Below are positions 51,901 to 63,900 of a stretch of DNA of 64,000 nucleotides, one piece after another. Both the position numbers and the translations under genes were made by a program. Positions within the stretch are counted from its first letter, which is position 1. Every line of letters starts with the position of its first letter. The stretch is from Podarcis gaigeae (lineage: Eukaryota), in NCBI GenBank assembly GCA_964106915.2, contig OZ066914.1; one strand, 5' to 3'. The notes below the pieces were generated by a model, which was not told where the DNA came from, made no database searches, and worked only from the letters and a program-made list of their open reading frames with translations.

Positions 51901-54900
51901 TCTTCAGGTGTTCCTGCTGCACCAGAGCAACCTATCATTAAAGGCGTCACCAAAAATTCTGCTTTAGTTACCTGGAAGAAGCCATATGATGGAGGAAAAC
52001 CAATAACCAATTACATACTTGAAAAGAAGGAAACTATGTCTACTCGATGGGGAAGAGCCACCAAAGATCATATTTACCCAGATACTCAGTTCAGGGTAAC
52101 AGATCTTCTTGAAGGCTGTGAATATGAATTCCGAGTTTCAGCAGAAAATGAAATTGGCGTTGGTGATCCTAGCCCACCCTCAAAACCATTCTTCGCTAAG
52201 GATCCAATAGGTATATTATAAAACATTTTCTCATGTATTATATTTGTGATATTACTTGGTACCAATTAATCTCTTTTTCAGATTCATGATTCCAATGTAA
52301 TGGGGTGTTGTTGTTTTTTCATTTTTACAGTAAAACCAAGTCCACCCATTAATCCTGAAGCAGTGGATAAAACTAAAAGTTCAGTGCAATTGTCCTGGCA
52401 ACCACCACGTCATGATGGAGGAGGCAAGATCATAGGCTATCTCATTGAGTACCAAAAGGATGGCGATGAGGAGTGGAAAAAAGCCAACCATACAGCAGAT
52501 TCTTGCCCTGAGACAAAATACAATGTCACCGGCCTCACTGAGGGTACCAAATATAGATTCAGAGTCTTTGCAGTCAATGGGGCAGGAGAATCCGAGCCAG
52601 CTAATGTTCGTGATCCAGTTGAAGTCAAGGACAGACTTGGTAAGCAGAACATGATGTTTTAATTTGTTTTAAAGGACCAAAGTGGATATATTTTCTGAAC
52701 ACAAAGTCCCTTTTTTTTACAGAGGCTCCTGATTTAATCCTGGATGCTAATATGACACGAGAACAACATGTAAAAGTTGGAGATACATTGAGGCTAAGTG
52801 CTGTAATTAAAGGAATTCCATTCCCAAAAGTGACTTGGAAGAAAGAAGATAAGGAAGTCCCTACAAAGGCAGATATTGAGGTTACAGGAGTTGGCAGTAA
52901 GCTTGAAATTCGACACGCAGTCCATGAAGACGGAGGGAATTATTCTCTGACCGTGGAGAATCCGGTTGGATCAAAGACTGTTTCAGTAAAAGTTCTTGTT
53001 CTAGGTAATGAATGAAATGATGTTAACACTTCTACTGGGAGATAAAACATGACAGAGGTGAATGATAGGAACATACCTATGTACAACAGAAAAGCAGGAA
53101 TGAAAAATTATATTTTTCATCATCTGTTAGCAACCTTGTTCCCCAACTTTGGAAGGGAATTTTCTAAATGTTATGAAGCATTATCAGAATCCTTGTGGTG
53201 TTAAAATACACACACACCAAATATGGGTGGGTGCAGCCATAGTCTGTGGAAAATATTAATTGTTCTCTGAGGTTCATAGTCACTGAAATTAATAATACTA
53301 ATAATTTTACTATTTGTACCCTGCCCATCTGATTGGGTTGCCCCAGCCACAACACAAACATACATACAGCGAAGCTACTGTAAATTTGTTGAAGAAATCG
53401 GGGTGAGGGGCGTTGTACACAAACTAGTTTGATTTTACACACTGTACTTTGTGTCAGGTTTAATTATCCAGGTTCGGATGAAAAATGTTTAGAAATTAAA
53501 AATGGTCAGAGGCTGTCCGTCCTCATTTTCTACAAATAAGAAGTATACAATCATAAGGAAAAGACTCTTCCTTGCAAATAATATACAGTGGTACCTCGGT
53601 TTAAGAACTTAATCCGTTCCAGAAGTCCATTCTTAAACCGAAACCGTTCTTAAACCGAGGCACGCTTTCCCTAATGAGTCCTACTGCCACCGGTGCCCTT
53701 CCACCGTTTGGCTTCCATTCGTAGACCAAGGTAAAGTTTGCAAACTGGGACACTACTTCCAGTCTTGCGGAGTTCTTAAACCGAATCGTTCATAAACAGG
53801 ACTGTTCTTAAACCGAGGTACCGCTGTATTTAACACAATATTTTTATACATAGACTACATTGAACATTTATTTCATTTTTTGTTTTGTTTTTCCAGATAA
53901 GCCTGGGCCTCCCAGGAATCTACAGGTCAGTGAAGTGAGAAGAGATTCTTGCTATCTGACTTGGAAGGAACCTGAGGACAATGGTGGCTCTGTCATTACA
54001 AATTACATCGTGGAAAGGAAAGATGTTGCTGCTGCTCAATGGCTACCAATATCATCATCTTCTAAGAAACACAGTATGTTGGCTAAATACCTCATGGAAG
54101 GCACTCAATATCTCTTCCGTGTTGCTGCTGAGAACCAGTATGGAAGAGGTCCTTATGTTGAAACCCACAAGCCAATTAAGGCTATAGATCCACTTCGTAA
54201 GTACAGTTCACTTACTATTTTGTGTTCTTTTTTTTTAATTAAAAAAAACAACCTTTGTCAACTGTGTTGATCTATACAATGTGTATCAGCATTTGGAAAT
54301 GTTTGTGTATAAAAATAGAAATGCTAATCCTGTTTTCATCTCATTTTAAAAGATCCTCCTGGCCCACCAAAGAACTTGCATCATGTAGATGTTGACAGGA
54401 CACAAGTGTCTCTTGTTTGGAATTGGCCTGATCGGGATGGTGGTGCTGAAATAACTGGATTTTTGGTGGAGTACCAAGAAGAAGGGAAAGAAGACTGGAC
54501 AAAATTCAAAACAGTCCCTGTGCCAGAATGTGTTGTTACTGGTCTACAACAAGGGAAGATTTACAAATTCCGTGTAAAAGCCCAAAATATTGTGGGTCTT
54601 AGTCTTCCAGATACAACCATACCAATAGAGTGCCAAGAAAAAATAGGTAACCACTGAATTTGTATGACTGTTCACAGATTTCATATTCACTGCTGAAATG
54701 TAACTCTTGTAATGGGGAAATACCTATAATATAATCTGCATGTTGTTGTTGTTTTTATTTCAGTGCCACCATCAGTTGATCTAGATGTGAAATTAATAGA
54801 AGGCCTTGTTGTTAAAGCTGGCAGCACAGTGCGGTTCCCTGCAATCATGAGAGGCGTACCTGTTCCCACTGCAAAATGGGTCACTGATAATGTTGAAATC

Positions 54901-57900
54901 AAATCAGAAGGCAATTACAAGATTGATACTGATAATTACTCTACAGTTCTCACTATTCAAAGCTGCACAAGAAAAGACACTGGAGAATATCTGCTCACAG
55001 TATCCAATATAGCTGGAAGCAGAACTGTTCCTGTTCATCTAACAGTTTTGGATGTTCCTGGTCCTCCAACTGGCCCAATTGATATTCTGGAAGTCACTCC
55101 CGATCATATGGTTATTGCTTGGCGACCTCCTAAAGATGATGGTGGAAGCGCTGTAATTAATTACATTGTTGAGAAACGAGAGACAAGGAAAGAAACCTGG
55201 GGAGTGGTCTCTTCAGGGACTAATCAAACTAGAATTAAAATTCCACGTCTACAGAAGGGCTGTGAATATATTTTCCGAGTTTGTGCAGAGAATAAGATAG
55301 GCGTTGGTCCACCTCTTGATTCAAAACCAACAGTTGCCAAGGCTCTGCATGATCCACCATCTCCACCTGGTAAACCAGTAGTTAATGATATTACAGAAAA
55401 TGGTGCAACTGTATGTTGGACTGTGCCAAAATCTGATGGTGGAAGTCCAATAACTGGATACATACTTGAACGCCGTGAAATCTCAGGGAAATGGATACGT
55501 GTCAACAAATCTCCAGTGCTTGATCTGAAATTTAGAGCTACAGGCCTCTTTGAAGGCAGCACATATGAATTCCGTGTTTTTGCAGAAAACAGTGCTGGCA
55601 TAAGCAAGCCATCTCCACCTTCTGATCCAATCAAAGCATCACGCCCTATGACACCTCCTGGACCTCCCATTAATCCAAAACTCAAGGATAAGACCAGGGA
55701 AACAGCTGAGCTAGTATGGACTAAGCCACTCAAAGATGGTGGTAGCCCCATCCTGGGATATGTTGTGGAATGCCAGAAAAGCGGAACTACTCAGTGGAAT
55801 AGAATTAACAAAGATGAACTCATCAGACAATGTGCCTTTACAGTACCTGGGTTAATTGAAGGAAATGAATATAGATTCCGCATTAAAGCTGCTAATATTG
55901 TAGGAGAGGGAGAACCCAGAGAATTGCCAGAAACAGTTCTTGCCAAAGACATTCTCATGCCTCCAGAGGTAGAACTGGATTTGACCTGCCGAGATGTAAT
56001 TACTGTCAGAGTAGGCCAAACAATAAGGATTATAGGCAAAGTGAGGGGCAGACCAGATCCTGACATAACATGGTCTAGAGATGGCAAAAATATAACGAAA
56101 GATAAGCGTACTGACATAATTAATGAATTCCCTCATATAGAGCTGCAAATAAAACCTGCTGTAAGAGCAGACCATGGAAAATACCTAATTACAGCTAAGA
56201 ATAGCAGCGGACATGCCCAAGCATCAGCTATTGTTAATGTGCTTGATAGGCCAGGACCTTGCCAGAACCTGAAAGTAACCTATGTCACCAAAGATTCTTG
56301 CATGGTCTCTTGGGAGAATCCTGAAGATAACGGTGGCTCAGAAATTACAAACTATATAGTAGAGTATCGTCAACCAAACCAGAGAGGCTGGTCAATAGTT
56401 TCTTCTGATCTTACTAAGAGGATAGTGAAAGCACATCTCGTTGAAAATCACGAATACTTCTTCCGTGTTTGTGCAGAAAACAAAGTAGGTCCAGGTCCAG
56501 TTGTCGAGACCAAAACTCCAATCCTTGCTATTAACCCTATTGACAGGCCAGGTGAGCCTGAAAACCTTCACATTGCAGAAACAGGAAAGACATTTGTATA
56601 TCTGAAATGGAGGAGACCAGACTACGATGGTGGCAGCCCCAACTTAACATACCATGTTGAAAGAAAACTGAAGGATTCCGATGAGTGGGAAAGAGTGCAC
56701 AAAGGTAGCATTAAGGAAACACACTATATGGTTGACAAATGCGTTGAAAATAAAATTTATCAGTTCAGAGTTCAGACAAAGAATGAAGGTGGGGAAAGTG
56801 ACTGGGTGAAGACAAGTGAAGTTGTTGTTAAAGAAGAAATTCTGAAACCTGTACTTGATCTGAAGCTGTCTGGAGTACTGACTGTGAAAGCTGGTGAACC
56901 AATAAAAATTGTAGCAGGACTTAGAGGCAAGCCCCAACCAGAAGTATCTTGGGCAAAGGATTCTGCCGATCTATCCCAATCTCCACGGGCCAAAATTGAA
57001 ACAACTTCAGACTCATCTAAGTTCCTTCTCTCCAAAGCAAGGCGCACAGATGGTGGTAAATACATTATTACTGCCACTAATCCAGCTGGTAGCTTTGTAG
57101 CATATGCTACTGTAAATGTTTTGGACAAACCAGGACCTGTCAGAAATTTGAAGGTGGCTGATGTTTCAAATGACCGATGCACAGTCAGCTGGGATGTACC
57201 TGAAGATGATGGTGGTTGTGAAATTCAGAACTACATTGTAGAGAAATGTGAAAGCAGACGAATGGTTTGGACTACGTATTCCTCCTCTGTGCTAATGACC
57301 CATATACACGTAACACATCTCATTGAAGGCAATGAATATATATTCAGGGTCCGTGCAGAGAATAAAATGGGCACTGGTCCCCCAACAGAGACAAAGCCAA
57401 TTATAGCAAAAACAAAGTATAATAGACCTGGTCGTCCAGATCCTCCAGAAGTCACAAAGGTCAGCAAAGAAGAGATGACTGTAGTTTGGAATCCACCAGA
57501 ATATGATGGTGGTAAATCAATCACAGGATATATATTAGAGAAGAAAGAAAAAAGGTCATTAAGGTGGGTTCCTGTTACCAAAAGTGCAATTCCAGAGAGA
57601 CGCAAGAAAGTTACAAATCTCATTCCAGGATATGAATATCAGTTCCGTGTCAGGGCAGAAAATGAAATTGGAATTGGTGAACCAAGCTACCCATCAAAAC
57701 CAACAATAGCGAAGGATCCAATAGGTACTGATCTTTCCAATATTTTTTTGTTAGTAATACTTCAATTTAAATTATCTTTCTCTGATTCACTGATATGCTT
57801 ACTTCTGTACTTTTCTGTCATCTTACAGAACCACCTGGTCCTCCCATTAATCTTAAGGTTGTTGATAGCACGAAGACCTCTATTACTCTTGGATGGGGAA

Positions 57901-60900
57901 AGCCAGTCTATGATGGTGGTGCTCCTATTATTGGCTATGTGGTAGAAATGAGACCCAAAACTGAAAAAGCAGGTCCTGAGGAAGGATGGAAAAGATGCAA
58001 TGTTGCTACACAAGTTATTCATACAGAATTTACAGTGACAAGCTTGGAGGAGAAAGAACTATATGAGTTCCGGGTTTCTGCCCAAAATCAAGTAGGCATT
58101 GGCCGGCCTGCTGATTTGAAAGAAGCTGTTTCTCCCAAAGAAATTCTTGGTAATTTTGCCAACAGGCCATTAAATTATTTGCTATCTTAAAAATTGCTTT
58201 CAAAATCTAAACTTTTAATGTTCCTTTTCAGAACCTCCTGAAATTGATTTGGATGCAAGTCTGAGAAAGTTAGTCATAGTCAGAGCAGGATGCCCCATAA
58301 GACTTTTTGCCATTATTCGAGGGCGACCAGCACCTAAAGTTACCTGGAGGAAGGTGGGAATTGACAATGTGATCAGAAGAGGCCAGGTTGACCTGGTTGA
58401 CACAATGGCCTTCTGCGTCATCCCCGATTCTACACGGGATGATTCAGGCAAATACACTTTGACAGTTGTTAATCCTGCTGGAGAAAAGGCAGTCTTTGTG
58501 AATGTCCGTGTCCTTGGTAAGTAATGTCAATAATTTTAACATCTATTAATTGTTGTTCTGTGATTTATGAATGTGTTATTCATTGCAGTTTCTTTTCCAT
58601 GGGACTCTGCCCACTTACTTTGAATAATTGTGGCCTAATATTGGTTGTTTATTGTTTCCTTTCTGCCAATAGATACTCCTGGACCTGTAGCAGAGCTTAG
58701 TGTCAAGGATGTCACAAAAACGTCCTGTCAGGTTTCATGGACTCCACCTGAAAATGACGGTGGTAGTCCTGTCACACATTACATCGTGGAAAAACGTGAG
58801 GCTGAGAGAAAGACCTGGGCAAAACTTACCGATGATGTAAAGAAGACTAGTTTCAAGGTTTCTAATCTTATGCCAGGAACTGAGTATTTCTTCAGAGTCA
58901 TTGCTGTCAATGAATATGGCCCTGGTGTTCCAAGGGACACACCCAAACCAATCCTGGCAACAGATCCGCTAAGTAAGTATTTGTTGATGTAGCTTCTGTA
59001 TTATTTCATTCAGGAGATTCAGATTTTGTATGATAGTTCAGATAGTCAAAATCAGTTGTCACTGCGCTTAATAAATAAAAATAATAATAAATAAATAAAT
59101 TCATTATTTATACCCTGCCCATCTGGCTGGGTTGCCCCGGCCACTCTGGGCAGCTTCCAACAAATACAAAAACACAATAAAACATCAAACACTAAAAAAT
59201 TCCTGATACAACACTGCCTTCAGATGCCTTTAATTTCAGGTTGGGGTAACGCAGGCATTAACACTCAGAAATATCCCTGTGGCTTGGGGGTATTTTGAGG
59301 TGAGTGCTTTGACAATGTGTCTTGAGGTACATATTCGACTCACAAACCCAGGACTCACCTGACAAGGAAGGAAATTTATCCCAATCCTTGACTGGGGAGC
59401 AACAAAATGTAGACAGACACATGCCCAAGGAACAAGAGGAATGCTTCCCTCATATTTATGAGATAACTTGACCTCCCTGCACTTATTTAATTGACTTGTT
59501 GTTTGACAGATCTTCTATTTGCTATATTTCAAAGAATATAACCTGTCCACAAATACATTGCCAGCTGAGTCTTCTTCCAGGGTGTGGAGGCAATGTGTGG
59601 ATCACAAAAACAATCAAACCAGAATAGAAGTACCGTATTGGCCTGAATATAAGCCTCACTTTTTCTCCCAAATTCTGACTGTGAAAAGTTAAAGTGCGGC
59701 TTAAATTTGCGACCTTACAAAAATTGGCTTTTACGATATTGCTGCTAAAGCAGATATACGGTAAAAAGGAAAGGGTGTGAGTGCCTGTGGAATTTTAAGG
59801 GAGCAGCTTATATTCGGGTATTCTTTTTCTCTTTCCCCCTTGAATTTTAAAGGTGCGGCTTATAGTTGGGTACGGCTTATATTCAGGCCAATACGGTACT
59901 ACAAAGTTCAGAGAAACCACTGGTCTCATGACTTATGTATTCAAATGAAAAAATAAAATTGTACAATATATTCTGTGTCCCGTCCCCCCACTAATAAATC
60001 ATGAGAAGATGTAATGATCTTAGAAATTATGTAAACTAAGCATTTGCCTGCCTGTTTTATTTTTAAGGTGAACCTGATCCTCCAAGGAAACTTGAAGTGA
60101 CTGAAATCACAAAGAACAGTGCTACTTTAGGGTGGCTGCCACCGTTGCGTGACGGTGGTTCCAAAATTGATGGCTACATCATTGCATATCAAGAAGAGGG
60201 TCATGCTGAGGATCACTGGACACAGTACTCCGTCGTCAAAGATCTTCATATTGTTGTTGCTGGCCTAAAGGAGGGAAAGAAATACAAATTTAGAGTGGCT
60301 GCAAGGAATGCTGTAGGAGTAAGCCAGCCAAAACAAACCGAAGGCATCTATGAAGTTAAAGAGCAACTGAGTAAGTAGCTAACTATGACCACTTGTACAA
60401 TTGAAATATATTTTAAATTCAATTATTTTGATTTTGTATCTAAATTTGGATGTTACCTCTTAAAGATATTTAAAATTAGGTCCTGTCACATAATCTGATT
60501 CTTTAGTGACATTCCTTTTTTAATGGGTTTATCGGGGTTTTCCCAAAACAGCAACATACAAAGACATTCAAAAGGGTCTACAAAAAAACTTCACAAATAG
60601 GCTCGTTGGCTCTGAGATCTTCTATAGCAAAGTATTAGGTGTTAATTCTGGCCTGAAGAGTACTGAATGTGGGTCCCAGGCCCAGAAGGCAGTTTCTTAA
60701 TAGTTTGCTTCATTTATGCAGACGTTTACCTTAAAAATTTGTGCATCTCCCCATTATAAGATGTTGTGAAGCTTTCTGCATCTGAAGAATAGGACAGCTA
60801 TACAGTTAATTAAATAAAATAGCACACTGCTCAGACCTTAGAATAAACCTACAAAAGAAGCTAGGAGGAAATGAAGCAGGGATATTATATTTCAAGGAAA

Positions 60901-63900
60901 TTAGGGGGGAATACAAGTTATCGGGGCTAGTTCCTTGGTGACTATTTGAAAACAAACAGTTTTTGGTTGGTTTGGGGACATAATATCAGAATATTCTTCA
61001 GAATATAGATCAGAAGTGGCTAGTCTGTGGCGTAGCCACACCTCCAGACACTGTTGGACTGCAACTCTCATTTGCTGCAGCCAGCATGGCCAGTGGCTAT
61101 GGGTGTTGGAAGCTGCGGTCCAGCAACATTTGGAGAGTTGCAGGCTACCCCCAGACAAGAGCATGAAAGCTGTCAAGAGACTAACTTTTGTTTTCGGGGG
61201 GGAAATGCATGGTAGTTTCAAGTAAGAATGATATCAGCTAAAGATTGTGAGAACTAATTCAAAATACATACACATAAGTTATTAATTTTTGTGTGTGACC
61301 TACGTGTCTGTTTCCTATCGTTTGATTTTTAATTTCAGTGCCGCCTAAGATTCTGATGCCGGATCATGTCAATATAAAGGCTGGGCAGAAACTCAGGATT
61401 GAAGCACATGTTTATGGGAAACCCCACCCGACTTGTAAATGGATGAAAGGAGACAAAGATGTGGCAATATCCAGCCGCCTGGCTGTGCATAAAGCAGACA
61501 GCACTTCAGTTCTCATCATTAAAGATGTCATTAGGAAAGACAGTGATTATTACAGTCTAACAGCGGAAAACAGCTCGGGAGTAGCTACTCAGAAAATCAA
61601 AGTGGTCGTCATGGGTACATTGAATCTTCTCTTCCATGCTTACTTCTCAACATTCTTAACATGATTCATCAATGAGCATGACCTTATTTATACCTGTATG
61701 TTTATCTCTTTCTGTAGATGTCCCTGGTCCACCACAGCCACCATTCGAAATTTCTGACATAGATGCTGATGCTTGCTCTTTGTCGTGGCATACTCCTCTT
61801 GAAGACGGTGGTAGCAACATCACCAACTATGTGGTTGAGAAGTGTGATACCAGTCGAGGAGACTGGATAACAGTGGTAGCTTCTGTTACAAAGACGAATT
61901 GCAGAGTTGGAAAACTCACCCCTGGAGAAGAATACATGTTCCGTGTTCGTGCTGAAAACCGATTTGGAATTTCTGAACCGCTTCCGTCCGATAAGATGAT
62001 TGCAAGGTTTCCATTTGGTATGTCCACCTCAGACAGTGGTGCAGTCTTTATTAGAATACTTCTAAGGGTGATTTTTTTAAAAAAATAACTCATCTCTTTC
62101 TCTACAGATGTTCCTAGTGAACCAAAGAACGCACGTGTTACCAAGGTGAACAAGGACTGCGTTTTTGTGGCATGGGACAGGCCAGACAGTGATGGAGGCA
62201 GCCCAATAACTGGTTATCTCATTGAACGTAAAGAAAGGAACAGTTTGCTTTGGGTGAAGGCCAATGATACACTTGTGCGATCCACAGAATACCCATGTGC
62301 AAATTTAATTGAAGGCCTTGAGTACACATTTAGAATCTATGCTCTGAATAAAGCTGGGGCAAGCAAGCCCAGCAAACCAACAGATTTTATTACAGCAAGA
62401 ACACCAGTTGGTAAGCAAAATATTTGCATACATTGCATTATGTATAACTATTATTGTTAATACTGAGCCAACTTAAGTACCGTAACATTAGGAGAATATG
62501 GGCAAGACTAAACTTTCTTAAACTGCACTGATTTCAACAAATAAAGTAAGCATTTGCTTATTGAATTCCAATGAAAAGCCTTGATTTTGGCTAGATTGTG
62601 CCCAAAGTTTAATTTCTCTGGATTTAAAAAGAAAGAAAGAAATATACCATGTTTGTTCAGTGATATGCATCCTTTGTGTTGTGACATTTTCTATCAAATG
62701 CCGTAGAATAAACCTGACCTCATTTGTTTTTAGATCCCCCTGGCAAACCCGAGGTTATTGATGTCACTAAGAGTACTGTGTCTCTTGTCTGGGCAAGACC
62801 AAAACATGATGGTGGTAGCAAGATACTTGGCTACTTTGTTGAATCCTGTAAACTGCCTGGAGAAAGATGGGTACGATGCAATACCACTCCCCATCAAATA
62901 CCCCTGGAAGAGTACACTGCAACTGGTCTGGAAGAAGGTGCACAGTATCAATTTAGAGCCATAGCAAAAACAGCAGTGAACATTAGCTGGCCTTCTGAAC
63001 CTTCTGATCCAATAACCGTTCAGTCAGAAAATGGTAAGGAACGCATTTGAGTACCATTAGAATTGAGCCATACTTTTATCCTTCTCATGGTTATGTGCTC
63101 ATTGGAATGTATTCCCCCCCCCCTTCTACATTTTTTTTTACACTGCAGTACCACCAAAAATAGAACTCGGTGTAGCTATGAAATCCTTGCTTGTAGTAAA
63201 AGCTGGAACCAATGTTTGTCTTGAGGCTAATGTGTTCGGCAAGCCTATGCCAACTATTAGTTGGAAGAAAGAAGGGGAGATCCTGAAACCAGTTGAAGGA
63301 GTCAAGATAACCACCAAGAGAAATTTATCTACTGTGGAGCTCTTCAGCGTAAATAGAAAGCAAACAGGAGATTATACGATCACAGCTGAAAATGCAAGTG
63401 GTTCCAAATCAGCAACTATTAAACTTAAAGTACTAGGTAGGCTAAAAGTTCATTTGAATCAGTGTATTTAAACTTCAGGAAATGTAGCAGTTGGAAGACT
63501 TCACTCACCGCCTAATTTTTCTTTCCCAGACAAGCCTGGTCCTCCAGCTTCAGTTAAGATTGTAAACATGTACACAGACCGAGCAATGCTTTCTTGGGAA
63601 CCTCCTCTTGAAGACGGAGGCTCAGACATTACTAATTACATTGTCGACAAACGGGAAACAAGCAGACCCAACTGGGCTCAAGTCACCGCCAATGTCCCCA
63701 TCACTAGCTGCAGCGTTGAGAAACTAATTGAAGGACATGAGTACCAATTCCGCATTTGTGCTGAAAACAAATATGGAGTGGGTGACCCCATTTTGACTGA
63801 CTCAGCAGTGGCTAAGAATCCATATGGTAAGCTTCTCTCACTGGAGTTTTCTACCCATTTAGTGTCAATCTATGTTTTAACATTTGCTTAAGAACATTTC

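Noticed and set aside
55224-57623. Long minus-strand ORFs opposite titin exons (e.g. 55224-55751, 56772-57182, 57231-57623; also 2475-2999)
   Set aside because: Antisense shadows of the titin frame; no independent domain signature or gene structure.
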